The position numbers were made by a program, and so were the translations under genes. From a virus (lineage: Duplodnaviria; Caudoviricetes), in IMG/VR virus record IMGVR_UViG_3300048631_000217: a stretch of 64,000 nt of DNA; one strand, written 5' to 3'. This document shows, one piece after another, positions 10,086 to 19,020 of the stretch. Positions within the stretch are counted from its first letter, which is position 1. Every line of letters begins with the position of its first letter. The notes below the pieces were generated by a model that was not told the DNA's origin, made no database searches, and saw only the letters and a list, made by a program, of their open reading frames with translations.

Positions 10086-11867
10086 TTATTCTTTCGCTGG
10101 AAGAACCGTAATGTTAACGTCTTGGTCTCGGATACTTATAATCCGGGTCTTCGGGGATGTGATATCGTCAATGGCCGTTCTCGCATAGAATTTGATTCCG
10201 GTTCCGGTATAGGAATCTATCTCGAATTCGGAAATCGTCAGCTTGCCCGTTTCGTAATCCACGGTCCCTGCATTCTTGAGAAGCGGAACGAACTTGTCAT
10301 CGCTGATACGAACGATGTATAGCCCGCCGATACCGTCATCCATGAAGAAACCGCTTGCACCCTTATAGACGAATGAGGATGACTTGATGACCGGGGTATG
10401 GTTAGCGGCGCTGTCGGAAAATGATAGGGGTTGCGAGTTTTTCATACGGTTCTTGAAGTCAAGCACATAACTGCCAGTCTTGCCGAATTCCGGGGAAATT
10501 TCCAGAATGGCCCGAACCTGAGTATTGTTGGACATGATACTGGCGTCGGATTCATCAATGGCTTTCAGAAGTTTTGAAAAACGAAGGGTCTTGTTGAAAT
10601 CTGCAAGAGTGCTATCCGAGAAGTCCAGTATGGCCTTGCTGACATACGAGCGAATATCGGCGGCGGTCCCGGCTGTCGTTTCCGTGTTGTAATAGATTGT
10701 GGTATCAACTGATACGAACAAGAATTCGGGGTTTATGATAACCGGCTCAATCGTCAGAGGGTTTCTCTCTTGCAGGAATTGACGGAACCTTGTCTTGGCA
10801 TTGGCCGATACCCCATCCGCATTCTTCACGTCAACCGCCACGAATACCTTGCCGTATTGCGGCGGGTCAAGTGTCTCACCTCCATAGACCGCGACCGCCT
10901 GCACTTCGGGAAAACGGTTTTTCAACAGGATTCCGTAATCGCTTTCGGTCACGGCTCTTTCCTGAATCTGTGCCGCCCTAGGGGCAAAGAACCGGATACT
11001 GTCCAAGCTTTCTATGGGTGCGCCGCCATAGCTTTTGGATACGGTCACGACACTTGCCGCATATCCTGAAATGGTATCCGTAGCGGAAAAACTGTTCAAT
11101 CCATTGGCTTCATCGGCTTCCGTCACCAGATATGTGACTTCCACGATGTTGCCAGTAACAGGAGAAGCCCCGAAAAGATTTCGACCGAAAGTCAGAGAAT
11201 AACCGCCGTCATCCGCTTCGACATAGAACACCTTGTCGTCCGTTTTAACACCGATGATAGAATCCTCTAGGACATATTCAGTCTTTCGCGAATCGACTTC
11301 CGCACTATCTCTCACCATAACACGAATCGTACTGGTATCAACGTTATCAGAAGAGATTTTGAATTTCTGTTCAAGGTTTCCAGATACCGAAAATGTCTCT
11401 GACACCACCTTACCTTGATAGATCGGCATTGACCGGATGCAATAGACCCCGTTTTCAGGAACAACGGTATATGAATCGAGAGTCACGAATGGGAAGGTTT
11501 TCGTGCCTGCTCTTGACGTGAACTTGGTATAGCGGGGAATGGTGATGAAGGACGGGGTTCCGGCAACACTCAAGGTAACGTCGATATTGGCGCGGGCCAC
11601 GCGAACCGAACGCGGTGTGTAGTTTAGGGACTTGGCATGTGAATTAATGGAATCACGATCCTGAGCCGAATCCAAGAACATTTCCGCGAACATCATGTTC
11701 GTATAGAAGTTGTTATGATAGGTGTTATAGGCGAGTATGTCTAGCAGAACCGACATATTCGACCCTTCGAAATCGTAATCCTTGAACCTGTCCTGACCTT
11801 TCAGATAGGTTCTTAATGACGCCTTGATAGTGTCGAAGTCAAGATCGGTAATAGGCTTTGTGGTCAT
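10086..11867 (-). CDS. gp6: Baseplate wedge protein gp6
   Basis: LDFDTIK...FKDYDFEGSNMSVLLDILAYNT; QERAVTESDY; PPQYGKVF. Confidence 0.92.
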   Translation of the reverse strand: MTTKPITDLDFDTIKASLRTYLKGQDRFKDYDFEGSNMSVLLDILAYNTYHNNFYTNMMFAEMFLDSAQDRDSINSHAKSLNYTPRSVRVARANIDVTLSVAGTPSFITIPRYTKFTSRAGTKTFPFVTLDSYTVVPENGVYCIRSMPIYQGKVVSETFSVSGNLEQKFKISSDNVDTSTIRVMVRDSAEVDSRKTEYVLEDSIIGVKTDDKVFYVEADDGGYSLTFGRNLFGASPVTGNIVEVTYLVTEADEANGLNSFSATDTISGYAASVVTVSKSYGGAPIESLDSIRFFAPRAAQIQERAVTESDYGILLKNRFPEVQAVAVYGGETLDPPQYGKVFVAVDVKNADGVSANAKTRFRQFLQERNPLTIEPVIINPEFLFVSVDTTIYYNTETTAGTAADIRSYVSKAILDFSDSTLADFNKTLRFSKLLKAIDESDASIMSNNTQVRAILEISPEFGKTGSYVLDFKNRMKNSQPLSFSDSAANHTPVIKSSSFVYKGASGFFMDDGIGGLYIVRISDDKFVPLLKNAGTVDYETGKLTISEFEIDSYTGTGIKFYARTAIDDITSPKTRIISIRDQDVNITVLPAKE

Positions 11868-12272
11868 TTATCTCACCCTGTCAAGTAAAAGGTCAAGTGT
11901 AGAAGGTTCCTCAGTATTTATGGTATTGAAAATGATTCGAACGAATACGGAATTTGAGTCAACCGAAGTGTCAACCACGATTTCAATGACGTTACACCTT
12001 GGCTCGTAATTCTCTAGCGTGTTGCGGATATTCTCGCGTAACACGACAACAAGGTCTGGTGTGATGTTCTCAAACAACATACCCCGAATGTCAGAGCCGA
12101 TTTCGGGGTTGAATAACCGTTCTCCCCTATCTGTCAGGATCAGGTTTCGAATGGATTCCTTGATAGAATCATCATCCGTTCTTCGGGCCAAATCGTTATT
12201 GACAGGGGATGCTTTAAGATCCTTCCTGTAATCAGAATACACCACTTGACGATTTTTTCTGGATAAAGTCAT
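11868..12272 (-). CDS. gp25: Baseplate wedge subunit gp25
   Basis: SIRNLILTDRGERLFNPEIGS and ENYEPR motifs; start placed at ATG 12272 behind an AGAGGG SD. Confidence 0.9.
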   Translation of the reverse strand: MTLSRKNRQVVYSDYRKDLKASPVNNDLARRTDDDSIKESIRNLILTDRGERLFNPEIGSDIRGMLFENITPDLVVVLRENIRNTLENYEPRCNVIEIVVDTSVDSNSVFVRIIFNTINTEEPSTLDLLLDRVR

Positions 12273-12280
12273 TTTCCCTC

Positions 12281-12309
12281 TTGACATTGATTCCGGGTTT
12301 TGGTATAAT
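12281..12309 (+). promoter_or_regulatory. Consensus sigma70 promoter (repeat unit 1)
   Basis: TTGACA-17 nt-TATAAT with extended -10 TG. Confidence 0.85.
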
Positions 12310-12574
12310 AGGTATATTGGCCTAAAAGATATGAAATGATTCGTTTATTGATTCCTGATAAGAACCCGTCAAACCGTAAGGTTTGACCTTTGCGTAGCAA
12401 AGAGTTGAAAATATTTAGAAGAAACAAGAAACCTTAAAGAACCCTGAATGATTTCAAATGATTTCAGGTTCTGAAAAGTCCCTGAAGGGATTTAAGGATA
12501 AGTGTGTCTTACAGACCTTATGTTGTTTTTTTATCACACTCTTTAATGTCTTTCTCAAAAAGTCATTTTTACTC

Positions 12575-12603
12575 TTGACATGGTTTTCGGAATTTGGTAT
12601 AAT
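12575..12603 (+). promoter_or_regulatory. Consensus sigma70 promoter (repeat unit 2)
   Basis: TTGACA-17 nt-TATAAT with extended -10 TG. Confidence 0.85.
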
Positions 12604-12974
12604 AGGTATATTGGCCTAAAAGATATGAAAAGAATCATTAACTGATTCGTTATAGACTCCTGATAGGAATAAGTCAAACCGTAAGGTTTGACCTTTGCGC
12701 AGCAAAGAGTTAAGAAACACTAAGAAATCAAGAAACCTTAAAGAACCCTGAATGGTTTCAAATGCTTATAAGGTCTTTGAAGGGATTTAAGGATAAGTGT
12801 GTCTATCGGAAACCTATAGAGGTGAATGTAAGGATGATTCCCTTTAATGGTTATATGAAGGGCCTTACGGCCCCCTGCGGTGTTTCCTATCTGGATTGTT
12901 TAAGGATCATATGAGATAGGTATGGGATATGACAAGGTTCCTTAGAGGGTTCTCTTTACACCCTTAACGAATGT

Positions 12975-13012
12975 GAAAAGGGGCCTGACGGCCCCCCTGC
13001 GGTGTTTCCTAT
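12975..13012 (-). terminator. Probable intrinsic terminator; a similar hairpin lies at 12858-12890
   Basis: Minus strand GGGGCC-GTCA-GGCCCC-TTTT just after the 13024 ORF. Confidence 0.55.
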
Positions 13013-13023
13013 ATGATCCGTTT

Positions 13024-13404
13024 CTATCTCAACATATCCCGAAAGACGGAAGCAAGTCTCGGGTTATGATGATACTGTATAAATTCGCTTCGACTCGAAA
13101 ACACAGTCTCTTTATCCGGTTCCACAGACATGTAGGCTTCTTTCAAATCAGGATCATCCGGCATTTTCATTTCGTTCCGAAGCATGGTCATGGCTCCCCG
13201 GCAGAGCCGGGCAGTCTGGGCCTTCTCTTGGGCATCCTCACGTTCCCAATTCACCTGAAGGTGACAGGGCAGGGGTCCGTTTCCGAAACTGAAACTGCTC
13301 AGAAAGTCCCATGGATCACCTGAAGATTCCCCTAGGTATCCCGGTGCCGAAGTTCTCTTGAAGGGACATTCACGACATACGGATTTGCAAAGTTCTCTGG
13401 TCAT
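13024..13404 (-). CDS. Hypothetical Cys/His-containing (zinc-binding) phage protein
   Basis: CRECPF...LPCH...LCRG motifs. Confidence 0.6.
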   Translation of the reverse strand: MTRELCKSVCRECPFKRTSAPGYLGESSGDPWDFLSSFSFGNGPLPCHLQVNWEREDAQEKAQTARLCRGAMTMLRNEMKMPDDPDLKEAYMSVEPDKETVFSSRSEFIQYHHNPRLASVFRDMLR

Positions 13405-13637
13405 TTTTCACCCTTTTCCGCTTTCCTGAAACGTTCGATCCGTTCTTGTTTTGACAATGACGCTATAAATTCCCATTGCTCTTTGGTCGCATTGAACATC
13501 CTTTGTCCTTCTACCGGCCCTAGTTCCCAATCTTCGGTTTTGAACAATTGGGGAATAGACAAATCGCCCCGATATACGGCTTGCAGCAAAACACAAGCGA
13601 CTTTTCCGGTTTCGGGGTTATAGACGGCTTTGGCCAT
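13401..13637 (-). CDS. Hypothetical protein
   Basis: ORF with SD, coupled to the downstream ORF. Confidence 0.6.
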   Translation of the reverse strand: MAKAVYNPETGKVACVLLQAVYRGDLSIPQLFKTEDWELGPVEGQRMFNATKEQWEFIASLSKQERIERFRKAEKGEK

Positions 13638-13680
13638 GTTTTCACCTATAAAAAGGGGGCTTGCGCCCCCTTGTCATTTC

Positions 13681-13998
13681 TCAGAAGTTGTAGTCGTAGA
13701 ACCGCCGGGGTTTGTCGGAAATGTTGTAGCGGTTCCCGTACTTGTCGAACCACTTTCCGTTTTTCCGTTGCCGGATGGCGAAGGTTTCTTCGTTCGGCAG
13801 GGATTCGTAGTCGTATTCTTGTGAATAGTTATTGACCGTATGGGCCGCGAAACCTCCGGGAATCATGTCAGGCTTCCAGTCAGGCTTCAGAGTCGCTTTC
13901 ATGGGCCGGATCATCTTTTTCCGCTCAGTCCGAGTCTCGACAACCTCGAAAGGTTCAACATCGGTGTAGAGAACCTTGTTGGCATATTCTTGGGTCAT
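13681..13998 (-). CDS. Hypothetical early protein
   Basis: Directly behind the repeated promoter/leader; followed by a hairpin at about 13650-13672. Confidence 0.7.
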   Translation of the reverse strand: MTQEYANKVLYTDVEPFEVVETRTERKKMIRPMKATLKPDWKPDMIPGGFAAHTVNNYSQEYDYESLPNEETFAIRQRKNGKWFDKYGNRYNISDKPRRFYDYNF

Positions 13999-14004
13999 GT
14001 CTCG

Positions 14005-14090
14005 TTTCCTTTCCTATCGCTTACATGATTAATATAGGAACTCTAGGTAACTTTGTCAAGAGAAAAACGCCCCCGAAGGGACGTTTTCAG
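14005..14090 (-). promoter_or_regulatory. Terminator + early promoter + leader cassette (copy A)
   Basis: Minus strand AAAACGTCCC-TTCG-GGGGCGTTTTT, then TTGACA-17-TATATT, then CATGTAAGCGATAGGAAAGGA. Confidence 0.85.
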
Positions 14091-14092
14091 GA

Positions 14093-14647
14093 TTATTTAG
14101 TGATTTTGATGTCCCCGGACACCCAAACATCACCGGAAACCCGAGCATTCCCGTAAACCCGAGCATCACCCGAAACCCGAGCATCACCCGAAACCCGAGC
14201 ATTTCCGTAAACCCGAGCAATCCCGAAAACATGAGCCTTTCCAGAAACCCAAGCATTCTCCAAAACCCGAGCATTGCGCGAAACCAAAGCATACCCGGAA
14301 CCCCGAGCATCCCCGTAAACCCGAGCATACCCGAAAACCCGAGCATGCCCGTAAACCCGAGCCTTCCCGAAAATCTGAGCCTTTTCATAAACCCGAGCAT
14401 TCCCCAAAACCTGAGCATTCCCGTAAACCCGAGCATTGTCCGAAACCTGAGCATCCCCGTAAACCCGAGCATCCCCGTAAACCCGAGCCTTCCCGAAAAT
14501 CTGAGCATCCTCGAAAACCCGAGCATCCGGCCCAACATATGCACTATCAGCAACATGCGCCGTATCAGCGACCCAACCGCCCCCGTTGGGGTGGCGGTGG
14601 GCCGGGACCGGGCCAGTCCCAAAATCAAACATGGTTTGTTCGGTCAT
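14093..14647 (-). CDS. Hexapeptide-repeat (left-handed beta-helix-like) protein, type I, 184 aa
   Basis: MTEQTMFDFGTGPVPAHRHPNGGGWVADTA plus tandem V-x-G-x-A-x units. Confidence 0.85.
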   Translation of the reverse strand: MTEQTMFDFGTGPVPAHRHPNGGGWVADTAHVADSAYVGPDARVFEDAQIFGKARVYGDARVYGDAQVSDNARVYGNAQVLGNARVYEKAQIFGKARVYGHARVFGYARVYGDARGSGYALVSRNARVLENAWVSGKAHVFGIARVYGNARVSGDARVSGDARVYGNARVSGDVWVSGDIKITK

Positions 14648-14654
14648 CTTCATG

Positions 14655-14735
14655 TTCCTTCTATCGCTTACATGTTTAATATAGGGACTATAAGAAACTT
14701 TGTCAAGTAAAAAACGCCCCCGAAGGGACGTTTTC
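14655..14735 (-). promoter_or_regulatory. Terminator + early promoter + leader cassette (copy B)
   Basis: Same elements as copy A; -35 at 14701-14706, -10 at 14678-14683. Confidence 0.85.
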
Positions 14736-14739
14736 TGGA

Positions 14740-15222
14740 TTATTCAGTGATTTTGATGTCCCCGGACACCCAAGCATTCCCAGAAACCTGAGCATTACCG
14801 CATACCCAAACCTTTCCGAAAACCCGAGCATCCCCGAAAACCCGAGCATCCCCGAAAACCCGAGCATATCCAGAAACCCAAGCATTACCCGAAACCTGAG
14901 AATATTCGGAAACATGAGCCTTTCCGTATACCTGAGCATACTCGAAAATCCGAGCATGCCCAAATACCAGAGCATACCCGAATACCCGAGCATTCCCGTA
15001 AACCCAAGCATTCCCAGAAACCCGAGCATTCCCGAAAACCAGAGCCTTTCCGAAAACCCGAGCATTATCCGAAACCAGAGCATCTCCCCAAACCCGAGCA
15101 TCCGGGCCGACAAAAGCCGTATTCGCAACATAGGCGGTATCGGCAACCCAACCGCCCCCGTTGGGGTGGCGATGGGCCGGGACCGGCCCGGTTCCGAAAT
15201 CAAACATGGTTTGTTCGGTCAT
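14740..15222 (-). CDS. Hexapeptide-repeat protein, type I, 160 aa
   Basis: Paralogue of 14093 with 4 fewer repeats. Confidence 0.85.
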   Translation of the reverse strand: MTEQTMFDFGTGPVPAHRHPNGGGWVADTAYVANTAFVGPDARVWGDALVSDNARVFGKALVFGNARVSGNAWVYGNARVFGYALVFGHARIFEYAQVYGKAHVSEYSQVSGNAWVSGYARVFGDARVFGDARVFGKVWVCGNAQVSGNAWVSGDIKITE

Positions 15223-15229
15223 CTCAACG

Positions 15230-15313
15230 TTCCTTTCTATCGCTTACATCTTTAATATAGGGTCTATAAGGAAATTTGTCAAGAAAAAAAAACGCCCCCG
15301 AAGGGACGTTTTC
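15230..15313 (-). promoter_or_regulatory. Terminator + early promoter + leader cassette (copy C)
   Basis: -35 at 15277-15282, -10 at 15254-15259, same TTCG hairpin. Confidence 0.85.
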
Positions 15314-15317
15314 AGGA

Positions 15318-15710
15318 TTATTCAGTGATTTTGGTATCATCGCAGACCCAAGTATTCCCGAAAACCCAAGCATACCCGAAAACCTGAGCATTCCCAGAAA
15401 CCTGAGCATCATCGAATACCCAAACGTTCCCGAAAACCCGAGCATTCCCGAAAACCCGAGCCTTTCCGTAAACCCAAGCCTTTCCGAAAACCCGAGCATT
15501 ATCTGAAACCCGAGCATTTCCGAAAACCCGAGCCTTTCCGAAAACCCGAGCATTATCTGAAACCCGAGCATTACCTGAAACCTGAGCATTCGGCCCGACA
15601 TATGCACTATCAGCAACATGCGCCGTATCAGCGACCCAACCGCCCCCGTTGGGGTGGCGGTGGGCCGGGACCGGGCCAGTCCCAAAATCAAACATGGTTT
15701 GTTCGGTCAT
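15318..15710 (-). CDS. Hexapeptide-repeat protein, type I, 130 aa
   Basis: Third tandem paralogue; preceded by a leader-only remnant of the cassette (15716-15740). Confidence 0.85.
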   Translation of the reverse strand: MTEQTMFDFGTGPVPAHRHPNGGGWVADTAHVADSAYVGPNAQVSGNARVSDNARVFGKARVFGNARVSDNARVFGKAWVYGKARVFGNARVFGNVWVFDDAQVSGNAQVFGYAWVFGNTWVCDDTKITE

Positions 15711-15767
15711 CTTCGTGTTCCTTCTATCGCTTACATGTTTAGAACATAGAGGAAGACAACAAAGATT

Positions 15768-15902
15768 TCAACTCATCTTGTTAAACTTTTTCTCTTTGTC
15801 AGACTTCACCATGACGATCTCTTTGGGTTGTTTGTTTCTCTTGTAGCGTCCATACAAGACTCCCACGACGATACCTACAAGTGCGATTAAGATAATTTCC
15901 AT
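15768..15902 (-). CDS. Small single-TM protein (44 aa)
   Basis: Manual translation MEIILIALVGIVVGVLYGRYKRNKQPKE...; AGGAG SD. Confidence 0.6.
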   Translation of the reverse strand: MEIILIALVGIVVGVLYGRYKRNKQPKEIVMVKSDKEKKFNKMS

Positions 15903-15916
15903 GTCTTGTTCTCCTG

Positions 15917-17896
15917 TTATGACGACCAGCTTCTTGCCGGTCCAATATCCACATGTATGAAACTGTTATAGTACCCGAACCCCTTGAATCCGATATTCTT
16001 GCACCGGGATACGAATAAATCTCTGTTTATACCCCCCATCAACACATCCAGAGCCTTTCCAGAAAGATGTTGACTGTTCTTTGCCGCCCCTACGCCAGTG
16101 TTTCTCAAATATTGATTATAGACCGGGTGTCGGAATGCGGAGGTGACGTTTAGCGTACGTCCCATCATCTTTCCCACCTCATTCAACATTTCAAGAACCT
16201 TTGCTTCGGTGTACCAATATCCGACATCATTTGGCAGGCCAAGCTTTTTAGGGATGACTTGACCGCCGCCATAGTCACGCATCGACACGACTTTTTCTGA
16301 ATTCCAGAAAGGATTGTTGATAACTTTTCCGGTGAAGGAAAGGTTGCTCCATTCACTATGATGACGGGTTGGCGTACCCTTTGTGAAAATCATGCGACCA
16401 TCCAACCCGTCACTTTTAGGTCTCGGGTTGATGTATGCTTGGTTGGCGTAAGACTTGCGAGACTCCATGCGCGGTATTTCGGGACGTAAGAAATCTTGAG
16501 AGAAAATTTCGGTAGCTGCGTTGACGGAATCGGTGTTCCGAATCTTGTTCAAAACCTGTCCTTCACCTGATCGAAGTTCTTGTTTCAGGAATCCGTAGTT
16601 CGCATCATATGAAGTTATGTCAAGACCGCGTTCGGCGACATAACGTTCGAATGCTTCTCGTCTGGCCCCGGTCCATTGGGCATATCCTATACCACCTCTT
16701 CCGGCCAAGGGGGAAACCTCTTGTAAAATCTCGAACCCCTGAGTTTCATGTGATAGATTCCCGACTATACCAGCGGCTTGAGTCCTAGTCAAGTTGAAAT
16801 CCTTTTGCAGATCTTCCATAAGTCTTGACGTGATCTGGTCATTGCCAAGCGGACGAATGAACGCGGCATTATGCAGATTTTCGAACGTTTGACAATCCTG
16901 TTTCAAAGATACAGGTTCGGCGAACAATCTACCTGCCTCGACTGATTGTCTTGTATTGTCTTCCGACATAAGCCGCAGCTTTTCGTATTCTTCCGCCGAT
17001 TTTGTCGATAGCCTGACGAAAGGTTCTGTCATGCTCTTGATATCGCTTTCGACAAATGACGACATACGACAGAACAGGTATAGCAGGTATTCGACAATAC
17101 TACCATCAAGCTTTCGTTCCTTGAAGGCGTTCGATGCGGTTATCATCAATGTGTCGATACGTGATTTAAGATTCTCGACATTTACCGACGACAGGGATAT
17201 TCGCAAATCGGCGTACATTTCACCGATACGATCATTCATTGACTGAAAGGTTTGTGTCTGTAGAGGAAACCCACTTACAAGATTCTGTATACGTCTCAGA
17301 CTGGCATCAATCTTCTTCAGGGAATCGGCAACAAGCTGATCCACCACCCGTTTGACGATTGTTCCGAATGACCGCAGTTTTGCCGAAATATCGGATAGTC
17401 CACCATTCATGATCTTGTTGACTGCATTCGCGATACCCGGAACGAAGCTGCACAATCCACCTAATGCCGTTGTAATCAATCCGGCAGACAAGAACCTGTC
17501 CAATTCTGACAGGATTGTTGTCGGGGATGTTTTCATGGCATTCTGGAATGTATCGGTATCTGGATAGGCATAGGAATCCATGAATTCCGCCATTTCAACA
17601 TAAGTAACACCTACCCGAACGATTCTATCATTCACATTCGGATACAGGCTCGGATTGTCCTTGACGATTGGCGAAAGGTTATTGTTGAAATATGACATGA
17701 CCGGCAATAGATTATCGACCCCGCCATATCGACGTAGCAGGGTTTCGCCACGATTGATATCCTTCCCGAATTCGTCAAGAATTCTCGGGTAGTCGGATAA
17801 TCCTGTGAAATATTCCGGGGTCACGACATTGACGGTTTCGCTTATATACGGCGAATTGCTGTTGATCGTGACAATTGTTGTATTGCTACACGTCAT
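15917..17896 (-). CDS. Virion-associated cell-wall hydrolase: phage tail lysozyme domain + C-terminal M15 peptidase
   Basis: QAAGIVGNLSHET...GIGYAQWTGARR (tail lysozyme); TSAFR...KNSQHLSGKALD...FIHVD (peptidase M15). Confidence 0.8.
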   Translation of the reverse strand: MTCSNTTIVTINSNSPYISETVNVVTPEYFTGLSDYPRILDEFGKDINRGETLLRRYGGVDNLLPVMSYFNNNLSPIVKDNPSLYPNVNDRIVRVGVTYVEMAEFMDSYAYPDTDTFQNAMKTSPTTILSELDRFLSAGLITTALGGLCSFVPGIANAVNKIMNGGLSDISAKLRSFGTIVKRVVDQLVADSLKKIDASLRRIQNLVSGFPLQTQTFQSMNDRIGEMYADLRISLSSVNVENLKSRIDTLMITASNAFKERKLDGSIVEYLLYLFCRMSSFVESDIKSMTEPFVRLSTKSAEEYEKLRLMSEDNTRQSVEAGRLFAEPVSLKQDCQTFENLHNAAFIRPLGNDQITSRLMEDLQKDFNLTRTQAAGIVGNLSHETQGFEILQEVSPLAGRGGIGYAQWTGARREAFERYVAERGLDITSYDANYGFLKQELRSGEGQVLNKIRNTDSVNAATEIFSQDFLRPEIPRMESRKSYANQAYINPRPKSDGLDGRMIFTKGTPTRHHSEWSNLSFTGKVINNPFWNSEKVVSMRDYGGGQVIPKKLGLPNDVGYWYTEAKVLEMLNEVGKMMGRTLNVTSAFRHPVYNQYLRNTGVGAAKNSQHLSGKALDVLMGGINRDLFVSRCKNIGFKGFGYYNSFIHVDIGPARSWSS

Positions 17897-19020
17897 GCGA
17901 TTGTGTCTCCATCGTCAATATCCGTCACGGATAGAGGATTTCGGGTAATCTTGGGTTTTCTCGTCTTGGTCTTGGGTTGGACGGGGGCACCTAGTTCCGT
18001 TGAATCTGCGGCAATCGCCTTTCCATCTGCCAGATCAATTTTTGACCCGTCAAGATACATTTCTGCGCCTGACAAGAGGGACATGTTGCCTTCAGAATTT
18101 ACCCGGATTTCTCCTGCTGATTTGAGATCTATGAAATCCGTTGTCGTCTCGAAAATCATTCTACCGGCTTGGCCACGGATAGCTTGCCCGACATTCACAT
18201 CAAAGCGGTTGGCTATATTCAGGGTATAGCTGCCATGGACGGTATGTGTCATATCCCCGTCAACTACCATTGCCAAATCTCCCCCGGATTTGATCGTCGC
18301 ATTACCTTCGACCGTGATATTACAATCACCTCTTACCAATACATTCCCATTACGTTCTATAACCGTTGTCGAAGCGCCCCGGCTGTTATGGATCGTGTTG
18401 CCATAGGCATCAATTTCGATGTAGCTACCTGATTTGTGGTAGATATTGATTCGCTCATTGCCGGGGGTATCATCAAATTCCATGACATGTCCCGAAGATG
18501 ATTCATAGACCGCATTATGAGGGTATTCGGTATTGTAAGGTGAAGTCGGTGTTTTCCAATTGACTCCATCGGCGGTTTCCACATCCTGCCCACCAAGAAC
18601 GTTCTTGACCAGTACCGAAGTCTCTTCAAGGGATTCGGCGCGGGCCAATCTTGGCATAGTCGGCTGATAGAGATTGCAAGGATCTGTGCCGTCGAAATTA
18701 ATGCCTGACGTATCTTTCATGAATTGTGTCGGCATGGATGCCAGAGTGCCGATCAGGAGCGGGTGTTGGGCGTCTGCCCCGTCCATGAAGAAACCGAATA
18801 CCCATGACCCGATGGCAGGCGGCTTGTAAGCGCCACCATAACCGCCATTGATGATATTAGCCCATGGTAAAGCATCGGTCGGTATCTCGGTCTTGTCGTC
18901 ACTGTGGAAGCCGAATGCTCGCACCCGAACCCGGCCAAGCTTCATCGGATCGCGGTTATCCTCCACAACCCCCATGAACCCGACAAGATTATTCATTCCC
19001 TCATTCATTCTTCGTTCCAT
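17893..19020 (-). CDS. gp5: Baseplate central spike gp5 (OB fold + beta-repeat, no lysozyme insert)
   Basis: GVVEDNRDPMKLGRVRVR, LPWA, WVFGFFMDG, SGHVMEFDDTPGNERI.IYHKSG. Confidence 0.92.
   Translation of the reverse strand: MERRMNEGMNNLVGFMGVVEDNRDPMKLGRVRVRAFGFHSDDKTEIPTDALPWANIINGGYGGAYKPPAIGSWVFGFFMDGADAQHPLLIGTLASMPTQFMKDTSGINFDGTDPCNLYQPTMPRLARAESLEETSVLVKNVLGGQDVETADGVNWKTPTSPYNTEYPHNAVYESSSGHVMEFDDTPGNERINIYHKSGSYIEIDAYGNTIHNSRGASTTVIERNGNVLVRGDCNITVEGNATIKSGGDLAMVVDGDMTHTVHGSYTLNIANRFDVNVGQAIRGQAGRMIFETTTDFIDLKSAGEIRVNSEGNMSLLSGAEMYLDGSKIDLADGKAIAADSTELGAPVQPKTKTRKPKITRNPLSVTDIDDGDTIA

Larger units (their letters stand above)
12275..12805 (+). repeat. Two imperfect ~230-nt non-coding direct repeats (about 12275-12510 and 12569-12805), each with a promoter and twin hairpins
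   Basis: Shared blocks GGTATAATAGGTATATTGGCCTAAAAGATATGAAA, GTCAAACCGTAAGGTTTGACCTTTGCGYAGCAAAGAGTT, CAAGAAACCTTAAAGAACCCTGAATG and GAAGGGATTTAAGGATAAGTGTGTCT. Confidence 0.9.

Noticed and set aside
12350-12410. Hammerhead ribozyme in the duplicated unit (CTGATA..GAA near hairpins)
   Set aside because: The core CUGANGA/GAAA/UH and three-stem topology are not matched
14056-15691. Alternative-frame and antisense ORFs over the hexapeptide genes (MLGF.., NPSI.. and CSG.. repeats; also 62458-63657)
   Set aside because: Open only because the 18-nt unit lacks stops in those frames; the SD and conserved termini support the GxARV frame
14093-15710. 18-nt periodic repeats as a CRISPR array
   Set aside because: No unique spacers; the units are contiguous, in-frame coding repeats; no cas genes in the window
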